A stretch of 64,000 bases of DNA from the NCBI GenBank assembly GCA_020619395.1, contig GCA_020619395.1_4860.1; one strand, written 5' to 3'. The notes below the pieces were generated by a model that searched no databases, was not told the origin of the DNA, and saw only the letters and a program-made list of their open reading frames with translations. The first letter of the stretch is position 1. The number at the start of each line of letters is the position of its first letter. Source of the DNA: a phage. Of the stretch, positions 38,899 through 48,442 are shown piece by piece. The position numbers were made by a program, and so were the translations under genes.

Positions 38899-39461
38899 TA
38901 TAAGGCTCCTTTAAAGTGGTATGTTAAGCTTTCTACGAGATGGCAGGTTTGGCTTTCAAAGAAGTGTAAAATGGGCTCAATGGGCACACCGCCGAGATTA
39001 TAGACGATTACGACATGCTTTAATCCGGCCTCGACTTCGCTAAGAAACGATTCGGTTGCGAGTTCACTCTCTGACGAGGAAAGGGTAATCGTTGTTTCCC
39101 CGTCGTCGCTACTACCAGACACGTCCTGTAAACGCAAAACTGTCGGTACGGTTTTACTGATACGAATATCTGGCGGGAGTGTAACCTCCAGTAGCGGTGT
39201 ACGGACTTTACGCGCAAGATAGTTGGTGAATAGATTGGGATCAAGCTCACTGACGCCGCAGCAAATGCAGCTCAGTAAGGTCGACAAGCTTGTCGTTTTA
39301 CGTTCAAATATCCCCTTGATCTGTTTGGCCTTATCGCTATAAAGGAACACCAGCAGCTGGTCGGGGTTATCCGGTAAATCACTTTCAACTCCTTCCCACT
39401 CCGGATCGTTGCGGATGTGCTCTTGCCAGATATCGTTTCGAATTTCTAGTAAACGGAACAT
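38898..39461 (-). CDS. hypothetical protein
   Basis: 187-aa ORF. Confidence 0.5.
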   Translation of the reverse strand: MFRLLEIRNDIWQEHIRNDPEWEGVESDLPDNPDQLLVFLYSDKAKQIKGIFERKTTSLSTLLSCICCGVSELDPNLFTNYLARKVRTPLLEVTLPPDIRISKTVPTVLRLQDVSGSSDDGETTITLSSSESELATESFLSEVEAGLKHVVIVYNLGGVPIEPILHFFESQTCHLVESLTYHFKGAL

Positions 39462-39470
39462 ACACTCACC

Positions 39471-40052
39471 TTACGCAATGTAAATACCGCGGTGGTTACG
39501 GAAACCGTGTTCTTCGGTAAGGTAACGCGCATAGGTGTGCTCGACGGATGGGGTGTAGCAAACCAGATGCAGTTCCTGACCTTCAGCTAGGCCCGGTAAC
39601 ATGACGTTTAGCCAATCCATCCCGCCGTTCTGCTGTAACGTATCTTGCGACAGCGTTAGTGGCTGAACAATATGCGCTGGGTTACTGTCGTCTTCGCTTT
39701 TCGTAAAACGAAGAATAGCCGGACGGGAACCATCTACTAGTACCGTGCGCGGTAAGTCAAAAGCAACCACCTTCGCTTTCTGTTCGTAGGATGATTTATA
39801 ACGACGTAACAGTCCAATATCGGTATCTAGTACGGTAGCCATCACGTTATACAACATCACTAGACGGGCGTCGTTATCGGTGGTGACGTGTTTTACGAAC
39901 ACCATCATCGGAATACCTTCGCGTTGGAATACCACGAAGTCTGCTTCTTTGTATTTCTCGCAACCTTCTACTACCCGTGGGGCTTTCACGCGATAGCGGC
40001 GGGTCAGTTCTTCGTAGTTCATTTCATGTTGTTCAATAATTGGTTGTGGCAT
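39471..40052 (-). CDS. hypothetical protein
   Basis: 193-aa ORF. Confidence 0.5.
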   Translation of the reverse strand: MPQPIIEQHEMNYEELTRRYRVKAPRVVEGCEKYKEADFVVFQREGIPMMVFVKHVTTDNDARLVMLYNVMATVLDTDIGLLRRYKSSYEQKAKVVAFDLPRTVLVDGSRPAILRFTKSEDDSNPAHIVQPLTLSQDTLQQNGGMDWLNVMLPGLAEGQELHLVCYTPSVEHTYARYLTEEHGFRNHRGIYIA

Positions 40053-40075
40053 GGTTAAATACTCTTTACGGTTAA

Positions 40076-40110
40076 AAAATAAGAAGGGGGTACAAGACCC
40101 CCGATGACGA
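40076..40110 (-). terminator. rho-independent terminator
   Basis: stem gggggt/accccc, T-run on minus. Confidence 0.5.
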
Positions 40111-40112
40111 GA

Positions 40113-41387
40113 TTACAGTAAACGCAAATCTGCGACAAACAACAGTTGACGGCCGTACTTAGTCACTTCTTTCCAGCCATTGTTAACACCCCATTTGATG
40201 ATAGCGTCGTAATGCCACTGTTTCAGTTCGCTGGTACCCCACGCATCCCGTACCGCCTTCGCCGACATCAAATAAGCAGGTTCGGCAACGGAGCGCATTT
40301 CAGAATCTGGCAGGCGAGAAACAACGGAACTGTTCACACGCTGCAGCGTTCCTGACACCTGTATCCAGAACGCAGGCGATATTGTATTTGTCGGTCGACA
40401 GTCAAATACCCAGGCCGTGTCATTTTCACTGGCCGGGGTCTTACGCTTATAGATGCTTAACAGTATTTCCGATTGGATAACTTCGCGGAAAACGTTAAGA
40501 AGGGTGACGACCTTCTCATTAACCACATCGCCTTTTTCGACCTTATGGTAATCTTTAAGGTTTCCGGGCTCTGCTATCGGCATTACTGACCAAACATCGG
40601 CGTCTAACATCTCACCGAAATAATGGTTAGCGTTTTCATCAGATGTCCAGAACATCGTATTGCCATCATTGGCTATGGTGGCTAGATCACGCAGTGCTTC
40701 CTTGGTGTCTTCGTCAATTTCCACAGGTTTGGCTGCTTCACGCGGTGCGTTTTTCGTGTAGAATCTGCGCTTGCTTACCGCTCTATTCCATACGGTAGTA
40801 ATTTGGTACGCAGTGAATTCGGGGAACTGCTGCACCAACACTTCTGCATCAACATCAAGCCGCTCTGAATTAAAGTTTTGTAATTTCTCATTAAACCCTG
40901 TATTCAGCTCTCCGCCAGTCCACCAGTTGCTGTCGCTTAGTGCAGGCATGTCAGGTGTTAACTCGAACACCGGTTTATCGATCAGCAGAGTAAGAATGTA
41001 GTGCACCCACATTGTGTTACCCTCAGCAATGGCGCGTCCGATGTTTTGATTACCCGATAGGTAAGCTACCCGCGAATCCCCTTCGAACGTCATGGTTAAT
41101 TCAACCCACGGCGCTAAGTCAGAGACGTGGTGGCCTAAACGACACTTTACTTCCCCTTTGTCAAGCAGACGCTTTTCGACAACGGTTGAGAGCTTTTGTG
41201 GCAGGCACGCACAATCCTGCCACGTTACGTCGCTGTAAGCCATACTCCGAACACTGAACTGCATTCCCAACAGTACAATTGTGTTAGTAATTACTGCATT
41301 AAAGAATGCTTCTTTCGGTGTCTGGTAAACTAATTCGTATTCGTTATACATTTGGTATTTCCTTTTAAAGTACACTAAAGTGACCAA
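40113..41387 (-). CDS. hypothetical protein
   Basis: 424-aa ORF (alternative start at MYNEYE, about 41351). Confidence 0.55.
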   Translation of the reverse strand: MVTLVYFKRKYQMYNEYELVYQTPKEAFFNAVITNTIVLLGMQFSVRSMAYSDVTWQDCACLPQKLSTVVEKRLLDKGEVKCRLGHHVSDLAPWVELTMTFEGDSRVAYLSGNQNIGRAIAEGNTMWVHYILTLLIDKPVFELTPDMPALSDSNWWTGGELNTGFNEKLQNFNSERLDVDAEVLVQQFPEFTAYQITTVWNRAVSKRRFYTKNAPREAAKPVEIDEDTKEALRDLATIANDGNTMFWTSDENANHYFGEMLDADVWSVMPIAEPGNLKDYHKVEKGDVVNEKVVTLLNVFREVIQSEILLSIYKRKTPASENDTAWVFDCRPTNTISPAFWIQVSGTLQRVNSSVVSRLPDSEMRSVAEPAYLMSAKAVRDAWGTSELKQWHYDAIIKWGVNNGWKEVTKYGRQLLFVADLRLL

Positions 41388-41448
41388 AAACTGTTACTAA
41401 AGAACAGTTGGTGTTTAAGCGACTGTGGGTTTATACACAATGCTCACG

Positions 41449-41464
41449 AAGATAACATCTATCT
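41449..41464. promoter_or_regulatory. degenerate copy of intergenic motif (AGATAACATCTATCTG)
   Basis: intergenic, about 60 nt upstream of the minus-strand start at 41387. Confidence 0.3.
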
Positions 41465-41472
41465 GTAAAAAC

Positions 41473-41790
41473 TTAGTATACAACCAGTACGATGCAGTCA
41501 TCGATAGCCAGATTCAGTAATGAGTAGTCGTTACTTAACCGCTGGTAACGCATCCCTTTTTCAAACTGACTTAATTGTTCAGTCGGCATGGCGTATACCG
41601 CGCTTTGCACTACTCCCGTAAACAGTTCGTCGTAGAACTGGTCTACTTCCCCGACTTTGTAAAAGCGCATTCTTTGATTGTTAGCAAAGACGCTGTCTAG
41701 CTTCCCGTTACTGGCTTTCTGTACCGCAGTAAAGGCACTGTCTGCATCATTACGCTCTAATGCACTTTTAATGGTTTGAAATAAAGACAT
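41473..41790 (-). CDS. hypothetical protein
   Basis: 105-aa ORF; last gene of the minus-strand block. Confidence 0.45.
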   Translation of the reverse strand: MSLFQTIKSALERNDADSAFTAVQKASNGKLDSVFANNQRMRFYKVGEVDQFYDELFTGVVQSAVYAMPTEQLSQFEKGMRYQRLSNDYSLLNLAIDDCIVLVVY

Positions 41791-41975
41791 GGTACTGCAC
41801 TCCTCGTTAGGTTAAAAGTCAAGGTCAACTACAAAAACAAAAAGGATGTCGGTATCCTACGGATACCTCCGTCTATGTTCGCATCCAATACATAAACCCC
41901 CTTACCCCCGTACTCTCCTCGATTGTCAAACGATGAGATCGAAACGTAAAAAGTGTAGTATGAGAGGAGGGTGGT

Positions 41976-42908
41976 ATGAATAAATCTAAGTCAGGGTTGC
42001 ACATCTTCTCGATAGGTATCGTCGCGGAAGATAAACCTCGTGGTGCCACTCGAGTTAAAGTCATCCCTATCGAAGTTAACTTTATTAATCCTACAGCTGT
42101 CGATGCAACAGAGACACCTGTAGAGAAGCAACACAACAGTTTAAGTGGTACTGACAACCTTACTGTAAAGCAAGGTAATGCCATCACTGCAAAATGGATG
42201 AAGTCCAACAGCAACCGGGTTAACCCTCCGGATGTGAAAAAAGAAGACTACGTAAGAATCTGGCGTATCGGTGAAACCGATATGTACTTCTGGGAAGATT
42301 TAAACAACAGTAACGTTAAGCGACTGGAAGATGGGGTATACGCCTGGTCTGCTGACCCAGTAAACCAGATGGCCGATGACCTCTCTAACGCCTACGTACT
42401 GAATATCTCCCCGATGGATGGTCACGTTACTTTACGCACCAGTATGACTAACGGTGAGAAAAATGCGTATCTATTTCAATTGAACACGCGCGATGGGTTT
42501 TTCCAGTTAGTAGATGACGAAGGGCGTAAGTTCTACCTTAACTCCCCAGAGGATGACTTAGGGTTTGAAAACGCCTGCCGATCGAAGGTTAATATCAATA
42601 AAGAGGACGCTTTCATTTATGCTAAACGTTCTATTAATCTCGAGACAAAAACGATTAACGAGAAGTGCGAAACTCGCAACTCTGCAGCGTCGAAAAACAT
42701 GGCATGGACGACTGAAGACTGGAAGACCGATTGTCCAACGAATCTATTTACCGGTAACCTGGAAGTAGGTAAGGATTTCCTCTATAATGGCAAGGGTGAA
42801 GGTAAGGGTACATTCACAGTTACCGAATCGGTTATCGGTGGCATCACCTTTAGTCTTCACTTGCATACTGGCCATGGTCCGGGCAACGACACTAGCACAC
42901 CGCACTAA
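41976..42908 (+). CDS. hypothetical protein (first gene of plus-strand tail-fibre module; possibly structural)
   Basis: 310-aa ORF with strong SD gagaggagg; no catalytic motif. Confidence 0.6.
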   Translation: MNKSKSGLHIFSIGIVAEDKPRGATRVKVIPIEVNFINPTAVDATETPVEKQHNSLSGTDNLTVKQGNAITAKWMKSNSNRVNPPDVKKEDYVRIWRIGETDMYFWEDLNNSNVKRLEDGVYAWSADPVNQMADDLSNAYVLNISPMDGHVTLRTSMTNGEKNAYLFQLNTRDGFFQLVDDEGRKFYLNSPEDDLGFENACRSKVNINKEDAFIYAKRSINLETKTINEKCETRNSAASKNMAWTTEDWKTDCPTNLFTGNLEVGKDFLYNGKGEGKGTFTVTESVIGGITFSLHLHTGHGPGNDTSTPH

Positions 42909-43116
42909 TTTAATTACGTGTGAGCTGTATATTGTGACAATAAACCTCCTAACTGTAACGATAACCCAAATCGCTTGTACACGGTTAGCCACTTTTTTCG
43001 CACAAAAGCCGGTTTATTGTCAACTAATTTACGAGTCGGGGCAGTTAATATGCCTCGAAGTACAAGTAGTTGAACATTGGGTTCTTCTGCTATCATTTGT
43101 TAATGGAGATAAGTAA

Positions 43117-43326
43117 ATGAGCATTCGTGAAATCACCGCAGGCAGCGACGTTTCTGGTCTGGTAGAAGCAGGCACTGTTCAGGTTTCTGGACTGAGCACC
43201 GTTACCGAAGTTACCGAAGCGCTGGCTAAGAAAGCCGAAGCTGAAGGCGGCGTAGCATTTAAAGTTACCGCTTGTGGCGGCAACAACAAAATGTTCGGCA
43301 ACGCAATCTACTACGTAAACGCGTAA
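43117..43326 (+). CDS. DUF1471 (YdgH/BhsA/McbA)-like small protein lacking a signal peptide
   Basis: 69 aa; C-terminal AEAEGGVAFKVTACGGNNKMFGNAIYYVNA parallels BhsA-family AKSFRITSVTGPNTLHGTAVIYK; own promoter-like region and terminator. Confidence 0.45.
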   Translation: MSIREITAGSDVSGLVEAGTVQVSGLSTVTEVTEALAKKAEAEGGVAFKVTACGGNNKMFGNAIYYVNA

Positions 43327-43353
43327 TCGGCCTGCAGGCAAAAAAGATATAGG

Positions 43354-43397
43354 TACCCTACTCCCATTGGGAGTAGGGTTTACCTTTTATTTTTTTC
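43354..43397 (+). terminator. rho-independent terminator (CCCTACTCCC/GGGAGTAGGG family)
   Basis: 10-bp GC stem, attg loop, long T-run. Confidence 0.65.
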
Positions 43398-44649
43398 TTG
43401 CTTTGTAGCGATGCATTTCAACAAACGGCTTACCCCAAGCCCCGAAAGGCCCGACGATTGCCTGCGCGTCGTTTACCAAATTCTGGTTATACCAACGCGC
43501 GTTCCCCAACAAAAAGTTTTCCCGGTCGAAGAATGTGGTATTAAAGACCCACTCCCCTTCTTCCCAGGTCGGCCAGTACCCTACACATTTACCAATACGG
43601 TTAAAGATAGGACCTAGCGTCTTCTTCCCATCTGGGTCAGTCGGGTCTTTTAAATAGAACCGGCCCCAGATAGCGTTGTGGCTTATTCCGTGAATCTCTT
43701 TTTCGAGATACGGGTTGTCTATCGTAAAGATAAACGAGGATTCGTGCGTCAGCAACGCTTTTAACGTTTCTGAGTTACGAATACGTTGAACGGACGTAGG
43801 CGTACTTAAATCACCTACACCGATGGCGTCCCAATCGTAATAGCGACGGGTTTCCAATACAATCTTCGCCACGCTAAGGTTTGGCAGACTCAGCATAATC
43901 GCACGGTCGCTGAAATAGCCCTGCGGTGGCAACCAATGCAGAATACCCCCGATGACGAACCCAACGGTTTTCCCTGTAATGGAATCGGGTAAGGTCAACA
44001 TTAACGAAGAATAGTAATCTCGCGTAGTATCGAGTTTGTTCATCGTTAAACCGGATATGGGGTAAGTCTTCACTTTACCAATATTCGCCATCACTAGACA
44101 GCCGATGTCGGGTGTGTTGGCTCTCCGCACGATGTTACCAGCGCCGGTTAAGCGAACACCCACTGGGTCAGATTGGTGCGGTACCCATTGACCGTTGATG
44201 TTGTACAGTACCCCAGTACGGTATTTCTCTTTCCACTCATCGTCGCAGACTACAACAACGTCGTGTGCATCATCAGGATTGAAGTCCTGAGTGTAGTGGT
44301 ACCCAGGAGGGCACAGGTGCGTTTCTACGGGCACATCTGCATTAATAGACTGGTAGTGTGCCTCAACGAATTCGAGCTTCGGTAAGCCCTTCCCAAGCGT
44401 TGGAATCGCGATTCCTGACTTGGTGTTTAACCAATCTTGCAACGTGTCCGTACGGTTTTGTAAATCAGCCAGGTGATACTGGCTATAGAAGGTATATTCA
44501 GCACCTAGTGCTTCTAGTCCTACTTCGAAAAAGTGGTAGTTAGCACAAAGGGTATTTAAGGGCTGCGTGACATCGATGGTTCCCCAAGTTCGGGTGTCTC
44601 GAGAGAAGCCAAAAGCGCTGTCGGCCCGCACTTGATAAGCAGTAGTCAC
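43387..44649 (-). CDS. hypothetical protein
   Basis: 420-aa ORF on minus strand embedded between plus-strand genes. Confidence 0.55.
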   Translation of the reverse strand: MTTAYQVRADSAFGFSRDTRTWGTIDVTQPLNTLCANYHFFEVGLEALGAEYTFYSQYHLADLQNRTDTLQDWLNTKSGIAIPTLGKGLPKLEFVEAHYQSINADVPVETHLCPPGYHYTQDFNPDDAHDVVVVCDDEWKEKYRTGVLYNINGQWVPHQSDPVGVRLTGAGNIVRRANTPDIGCLVMANIGKVKTYPISGLTMNKLDTTRDYYSSLMLTLPDSITGKTVGFVIGGILHWLPPQGYFSDRAIMLSLPNLSVAKIVLETRRYYDWDAIGVGDLSTPTSVQRIRNSETLKALLTHESSFIFTIDNPYLEKEIHGISHNAIWGRFYLKDPTDPDGKKTLGPIFNRIGKCVGYWPTWEEGEWVFNTTFFDRENFLLGNARWYNQNLVNDAQAIVGPFGAWGKPFVEMHRYKARKK

Positions 44650-44716
44650 TGGCTGTTTCCTCTAAGGATTCGGGTCATAGTATGAACTCGACGCCCTCAG
44701 AGAAAAGGAGTGTAAA

Positions 44717-47700
44717 ATGGCTGTCGTCCCTGACCCGCACTATCAAGAACCGGGGAATATGCAGACCGGTGAAGCGGTAACGCCGATCGGTACTAAGTAC
44801 CGGATGCTGTTCCCCGCACACGCCCCCTTTTATACCACATCCCTGGTGGTCAAGAGTGGCGGCAAGAAATTAACATTAGGTGATGATTACGTCATCACCC
44901 ATGCGTACGTTACGGGCATGGCCCGCACTGGCCATGTTTGTCACGGCGGCGTGTGGATTACCAACCCGAAATACCAGAGCGGCTTTACACTCGATTACCA
45001 TGCAATTGGTATCGGCGAAGCCACTGCAGAAATGATCGCCGCAGAACGAGAAGCGAATAAAGATCGCTATCCCGTAGACTGCCAATGGGATAACGTCATT
45101 GGGGATTTATATTTCCCACCGGTCGATATTAAGTTCGATTGGGAAAACTGGCGTGGCGAATCTGAGTTGATGGAAGCCATTGTTGCGGTTGGTGCTAAGC
45201 TCGGTGAAGCGATCAGTCGCGTTGACCCGATTGCTCGTAACACGTTAGACCTTCAATATCGCGCCGGCGTCACGCTTATCACATCCGAGCAGTATGCGAC
45301 GTACGACGGTACTGGCGGCTACACGTATAACGCGTCGCGTCGTCGTTATTCGTTATCTTACCAGAACACGACATTCGATGCGTATTCGTTAGCGGTAAAA
45401 CACCGTTTACCGAGCATTCCACCGGAAACAACGTTGAACCCAGGCGAGCTGATCGATTGGATGCTCTGTTACGCAAACGGCGGGACAAGTATCCTGCGTC
45501 TTCAGTTGAAGCAACGCGCGATTTATCTTACCTTAACGACAGCGATTGGTTCCGGTTCGTCTAATTACAGCTATACGTTAACTACTGGCCTGACCGATAC
45601 CGAGTTGGCGGGTGAGGTTGAGTTTAGCGTGGTCAGACGCGAAGGTAACGGCGTTTACGACATCACCGTTAAAACAAGCAAGCAAACCGTTAACTACAGC
45701 TTTAACGTTGACAACCCACCGAGCGAATTTGCACCAGGGTATCAGAAAACTGATGTCGCAAAATGGTTGAAGTTTAAATCGGACGTCAACCTAAACTGGT
45801 GGGCAGGTGAGAACGATTACGTCCAGATTCGCTCATTACCTGGCGCACCGTCGCCTGACGTTAACAATGACGTGTACCAGCTGCTGGTAAAATATCACCA
45901 GATTGTCGATAAACTGTACCGTGATGCACCGGCACACACACACGTGCCGCGCAAGGATAACCCGCATCGCGATTCGTGGGGCGCAATCCGTGCTTTGGAG
46001 AATAACGGTATTGCTTCGGACGCGACGCTGGTATACGGAAAAACGCAACCGCAGCTGACAGATTACGTTAACAATCTGTTGCCGAAACTGTCAACGCTGG
46101 CGAATAAGCTTTTACGTTTACCGACGGCTGCACAGTCTATCAACGGCACGTTCGGCATGAAGCCTGGCCTGACTTCAATAACGTCAGCAGTGGGTACCGA
46201 TGAGTCTGAAGGCGTGGGTGCACAATTTACGGTTGACCCGAGGGTTATCCGTTTTATTGGACGCGATTCGCAAACCGTTAACGCCGGGAACAATCCGATT
46301 ACATGGCAAGGTGGGGCTAACCAACTCATCCTTTATCCGGATTCCCGTGGATTGGAGTTCAACGGTAAGAAATTGTTGGACCCTACTACGGTCGGGCCGT
46401 ACCTGCCGGGCAACGAGTCGGGTGGTGATGGACTATTTTACGGAACATCCACAGCTACTGTAACCATTAACGGTAACGGTATTCAGTCTGTTCCGTTCAT
46501 TTGTACTTTTGTTCCACCGGAGTCCGACGACCTTGGCCTGATGGCTGTCCGTTTGTTGGCTACTGAATTCGGTGATCGTGAGGACTTGGCCGCAACGCCG
46601 GCACTCATCAAGAAATTGGATCAGCAGTTTACGGGCAAGTTGGTTGCCGTTAAATCGTACATCAACGACATGCCACTGACGAGTTCTATTTACATCGATA
46701 AAACTAACTTCGGCTTATCGAACGTACAGAACGTCCCAGATGTACAATTGCCGATCTCCCCGCTCCAACAAGCTGAGCTGGACAAGTATGCATTCGTTGG
46801 TCACACACACACTCCTGCTGCGCTCGGGATTAAGCGTGCAACAACGACGGAGTTCGGTTTAGTACAGTTCGGCACCGCGGTTGATGATGCCACGCTGGCA
46901 TTAGACGGCGGTGAGGTCATCCGACAGGCGGACGCCATCACAGAGATAGAGAAGGTTGCGAAGACAGTCGACTCTGGTGCTTCAATCAATATTATTCGTT
47001 ACGGTTTACCCGGCACGGATATCATTGAAAACGGCATCACTTACACCGACTGGATGGTTACTATTAAAGCGAACGATTATTTCGTTGGTCGCGAGTACAA
47101 AGTACCTCTCTCCACATTTAACTTGGCTGAGCTATTCCCAGCGACGCACGAAGATGCTGAGTTTGGCGTGTATGTTGACGCGGCGGGCGATGATGGCAAG
47201 TACATTATCTACGAAAATCCAAACACGGCAGAAACTGAGACGATGACCAAAATAGGTTCCATCATCACCAGTGAAACCGGTGTGGTTTTTGTAGAAATCC
47301 GCAACGTAACGCGTTTAGGTGAGTTTCGTGAATTAGGCGAGCATGTCGAGGACGATAACGCCCATATTCGTCGGGGTATGTCGCAAGCTGAATTCGGATT
47401 TACTTACGGTACAGGCGGGCCTGTGTGGTCCACGGGCGCGCCGGGTACAAAACGTATAGATGCTGATTGGCGTTACGCGCAGGCTAGCAGCTATACGCCT
47501 ATGTTGAAAGCGGACTACGATCCGGCTGCTGATAAATGGACGTTTAAAACAACCAGTTTATCTGTAGCCGATTATCGTTTTGTCCACAACACATTCCCGA
47601 TGTTCCAGAATAACGGCATTACCGCAACGTGGACACCTTTAACCGCAACAGCGGACAGTGTGCTAGAAACGGTAATTGGGTGTTGTCATCACTCGGCCAC

Positions 47701-48430
47701 GTTCATGCACCGTATTTCTGTACTCGTCGCACGCACCGCAGGGCGTATCACCACTCCAGGCGGCGTGAGCACGTATGCGGGAATCGCGGTTAACTACGGA
47801 CGTGCTGCACAGGTTGTTATTGGCTTGAACGGCGTTACTGGTTCCGGCCATGACTGGACGGCACTTAACCCATCGGTGCGTTTCAGCCACACGCGAACAG
47901 CGGACGGTATTTCGTTCGAGGGAACGATTAACATCGATTCCAAAACGATCAACTTTGAGCTGACGCTAACCGCGACAACAAAGACGCTGAAATACACCTT
48001 GCAGTCGACCGGCGAGTCGTGGACTGAGGATTTGTCTACCCGTCTCCGTCCTGACTATATCGACTTGACGAAACTGATTACCGATCCGAGTACGCCGATT
48101 TATCACGGCGTGGGTGGTTTGTTTAGTTCCGACACAGAAGCGCGTTTGACTTACGCTAACCTGAACACGATGCCGACAAAGAATCGTTATTACGCCACGT
48201 TCCTTGACTATGCGATTAACTATTCCGGCTTAAACCGCGCAAGATTCTTTACTGGCGTGGTGGATGCAGGTTTAACGATTAATGAGATGAACAGCGCGAT
48301 GTGCAACTATTCATACAGTTCGTTCCGACCAGTGGATGCAGGTAAAATTCCACTGGTGGCACACCCATCCAAGATGATGACGTTCAATCCGAAAAACACG
48401 TCAGCTCGAACACTTATTATTCGTGATTAA
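44717..48430 (+). CDS. tail fibre protein 1
   Basis: 1237 aa; SD aaggag; N-terminal domain shared with next three genes; T4 gp34-like fibre repeat TTTEFGLVQFGT and HTHTP motif. Confidence 0.75.
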   Translation: MAVVPDPHYQEPGNMQTGEAVTPIGTKYRMLFPAHAPFYTTSLVVKSGGKKLTLGDDYVITHAYVTGMARTGHVCHGGVWITNPKYQSGFTLDYHAIGIGEATAEMIAAEREANKDRYPVDCQWDNVIGDLYFPPVDIKFDWENWRGESELMEAIVAVGAKLGEAISRVDPIARNTLDLQYRAGVTLITSEQYATYDGTGGYTYNASRRRYSLSYQNTTFDAYSLAVKHRLPSIPPETTLNPGELIDWMLCYANGGTSILRLQLKQRAIYLTLTTAIGSGSSNYSYTLTTGLTDTELAGEVEFSVVRREGNGVYDITVKTSKQTVNYSFNVDNPPSEFAPGYQKTDVAKWLKFKSDVNLNWWAGENDYVQIRSLPGAPSPDVNNDVYQLLVKYHQIVDKLYRDAPAHTHVPRKDNPHRDSWGAIRALENNGIASDATLVYGKTQPQLTDYVNNLLPKLSTLANKLLRLPTAAQSINGTFGMKPGLTSITSAVGTDESEGVGAQFTVDPRVIRFIGRDSQTVNAGNNPITWQGGANQLILYPDSRGLEFNGKKLLDPTTVGPYLPGNESGGDGLFYGTSTATVTINGNGIQSVPFICTFVPPESDDLGLMAVRLLATEFGDREDLAATPALIKKLDQQFTGKLVAVKSYINDMPLTSSIYIDKTNFGLSNVQNVPDVQLPISPLQQAELDKYAFVGHTHTPAALGIKRATTTEFGLVQFGTAVDDATLALDGGEVIRQADAITEIEKVAKTVDSGASINIIRYGLPGTDIIENGITYTDWMVTIKANDYFVGREYKVPLSTFNLAELFPATHEDAEFGVYVDAAGDDGKYIIYENPNTAETETMTKIGSIITSETGVVFVEIRNVTRLGEFRELGEHVEDDNAHIRRGMSQAEFGFTYGTGGPVWSTGAPGTKRIDADWRYAQASSYTPMLKADYDPAADKWTFKTTSLSVADYRFVHNTFPMFQNNGITATWTPLTATADSVLETVIGCCHHSATFMHRISVLVARTAGRITTPGGVSTYAGIAVNYGRAAQVVIGLNGVTGSGHDWTALNPSVRFSHTRTADGISFEGTINIDSKTINFELTLTATTKTLKYTLQSTGESWTEDLSTRLRPDYIDLTKLITDPSTPIYHGVGGLFSSDTEARLTYANLNTMPTKNRYYATFLDYAINYSGLNRARFFTGVVDAGLTINEMNSAMCNYSYSSFRPVDAGKIPLVAHPSKMMTFNPKNTSARTLIIRD

Positions 48431-48442
48431 GGAGATTTTTGA

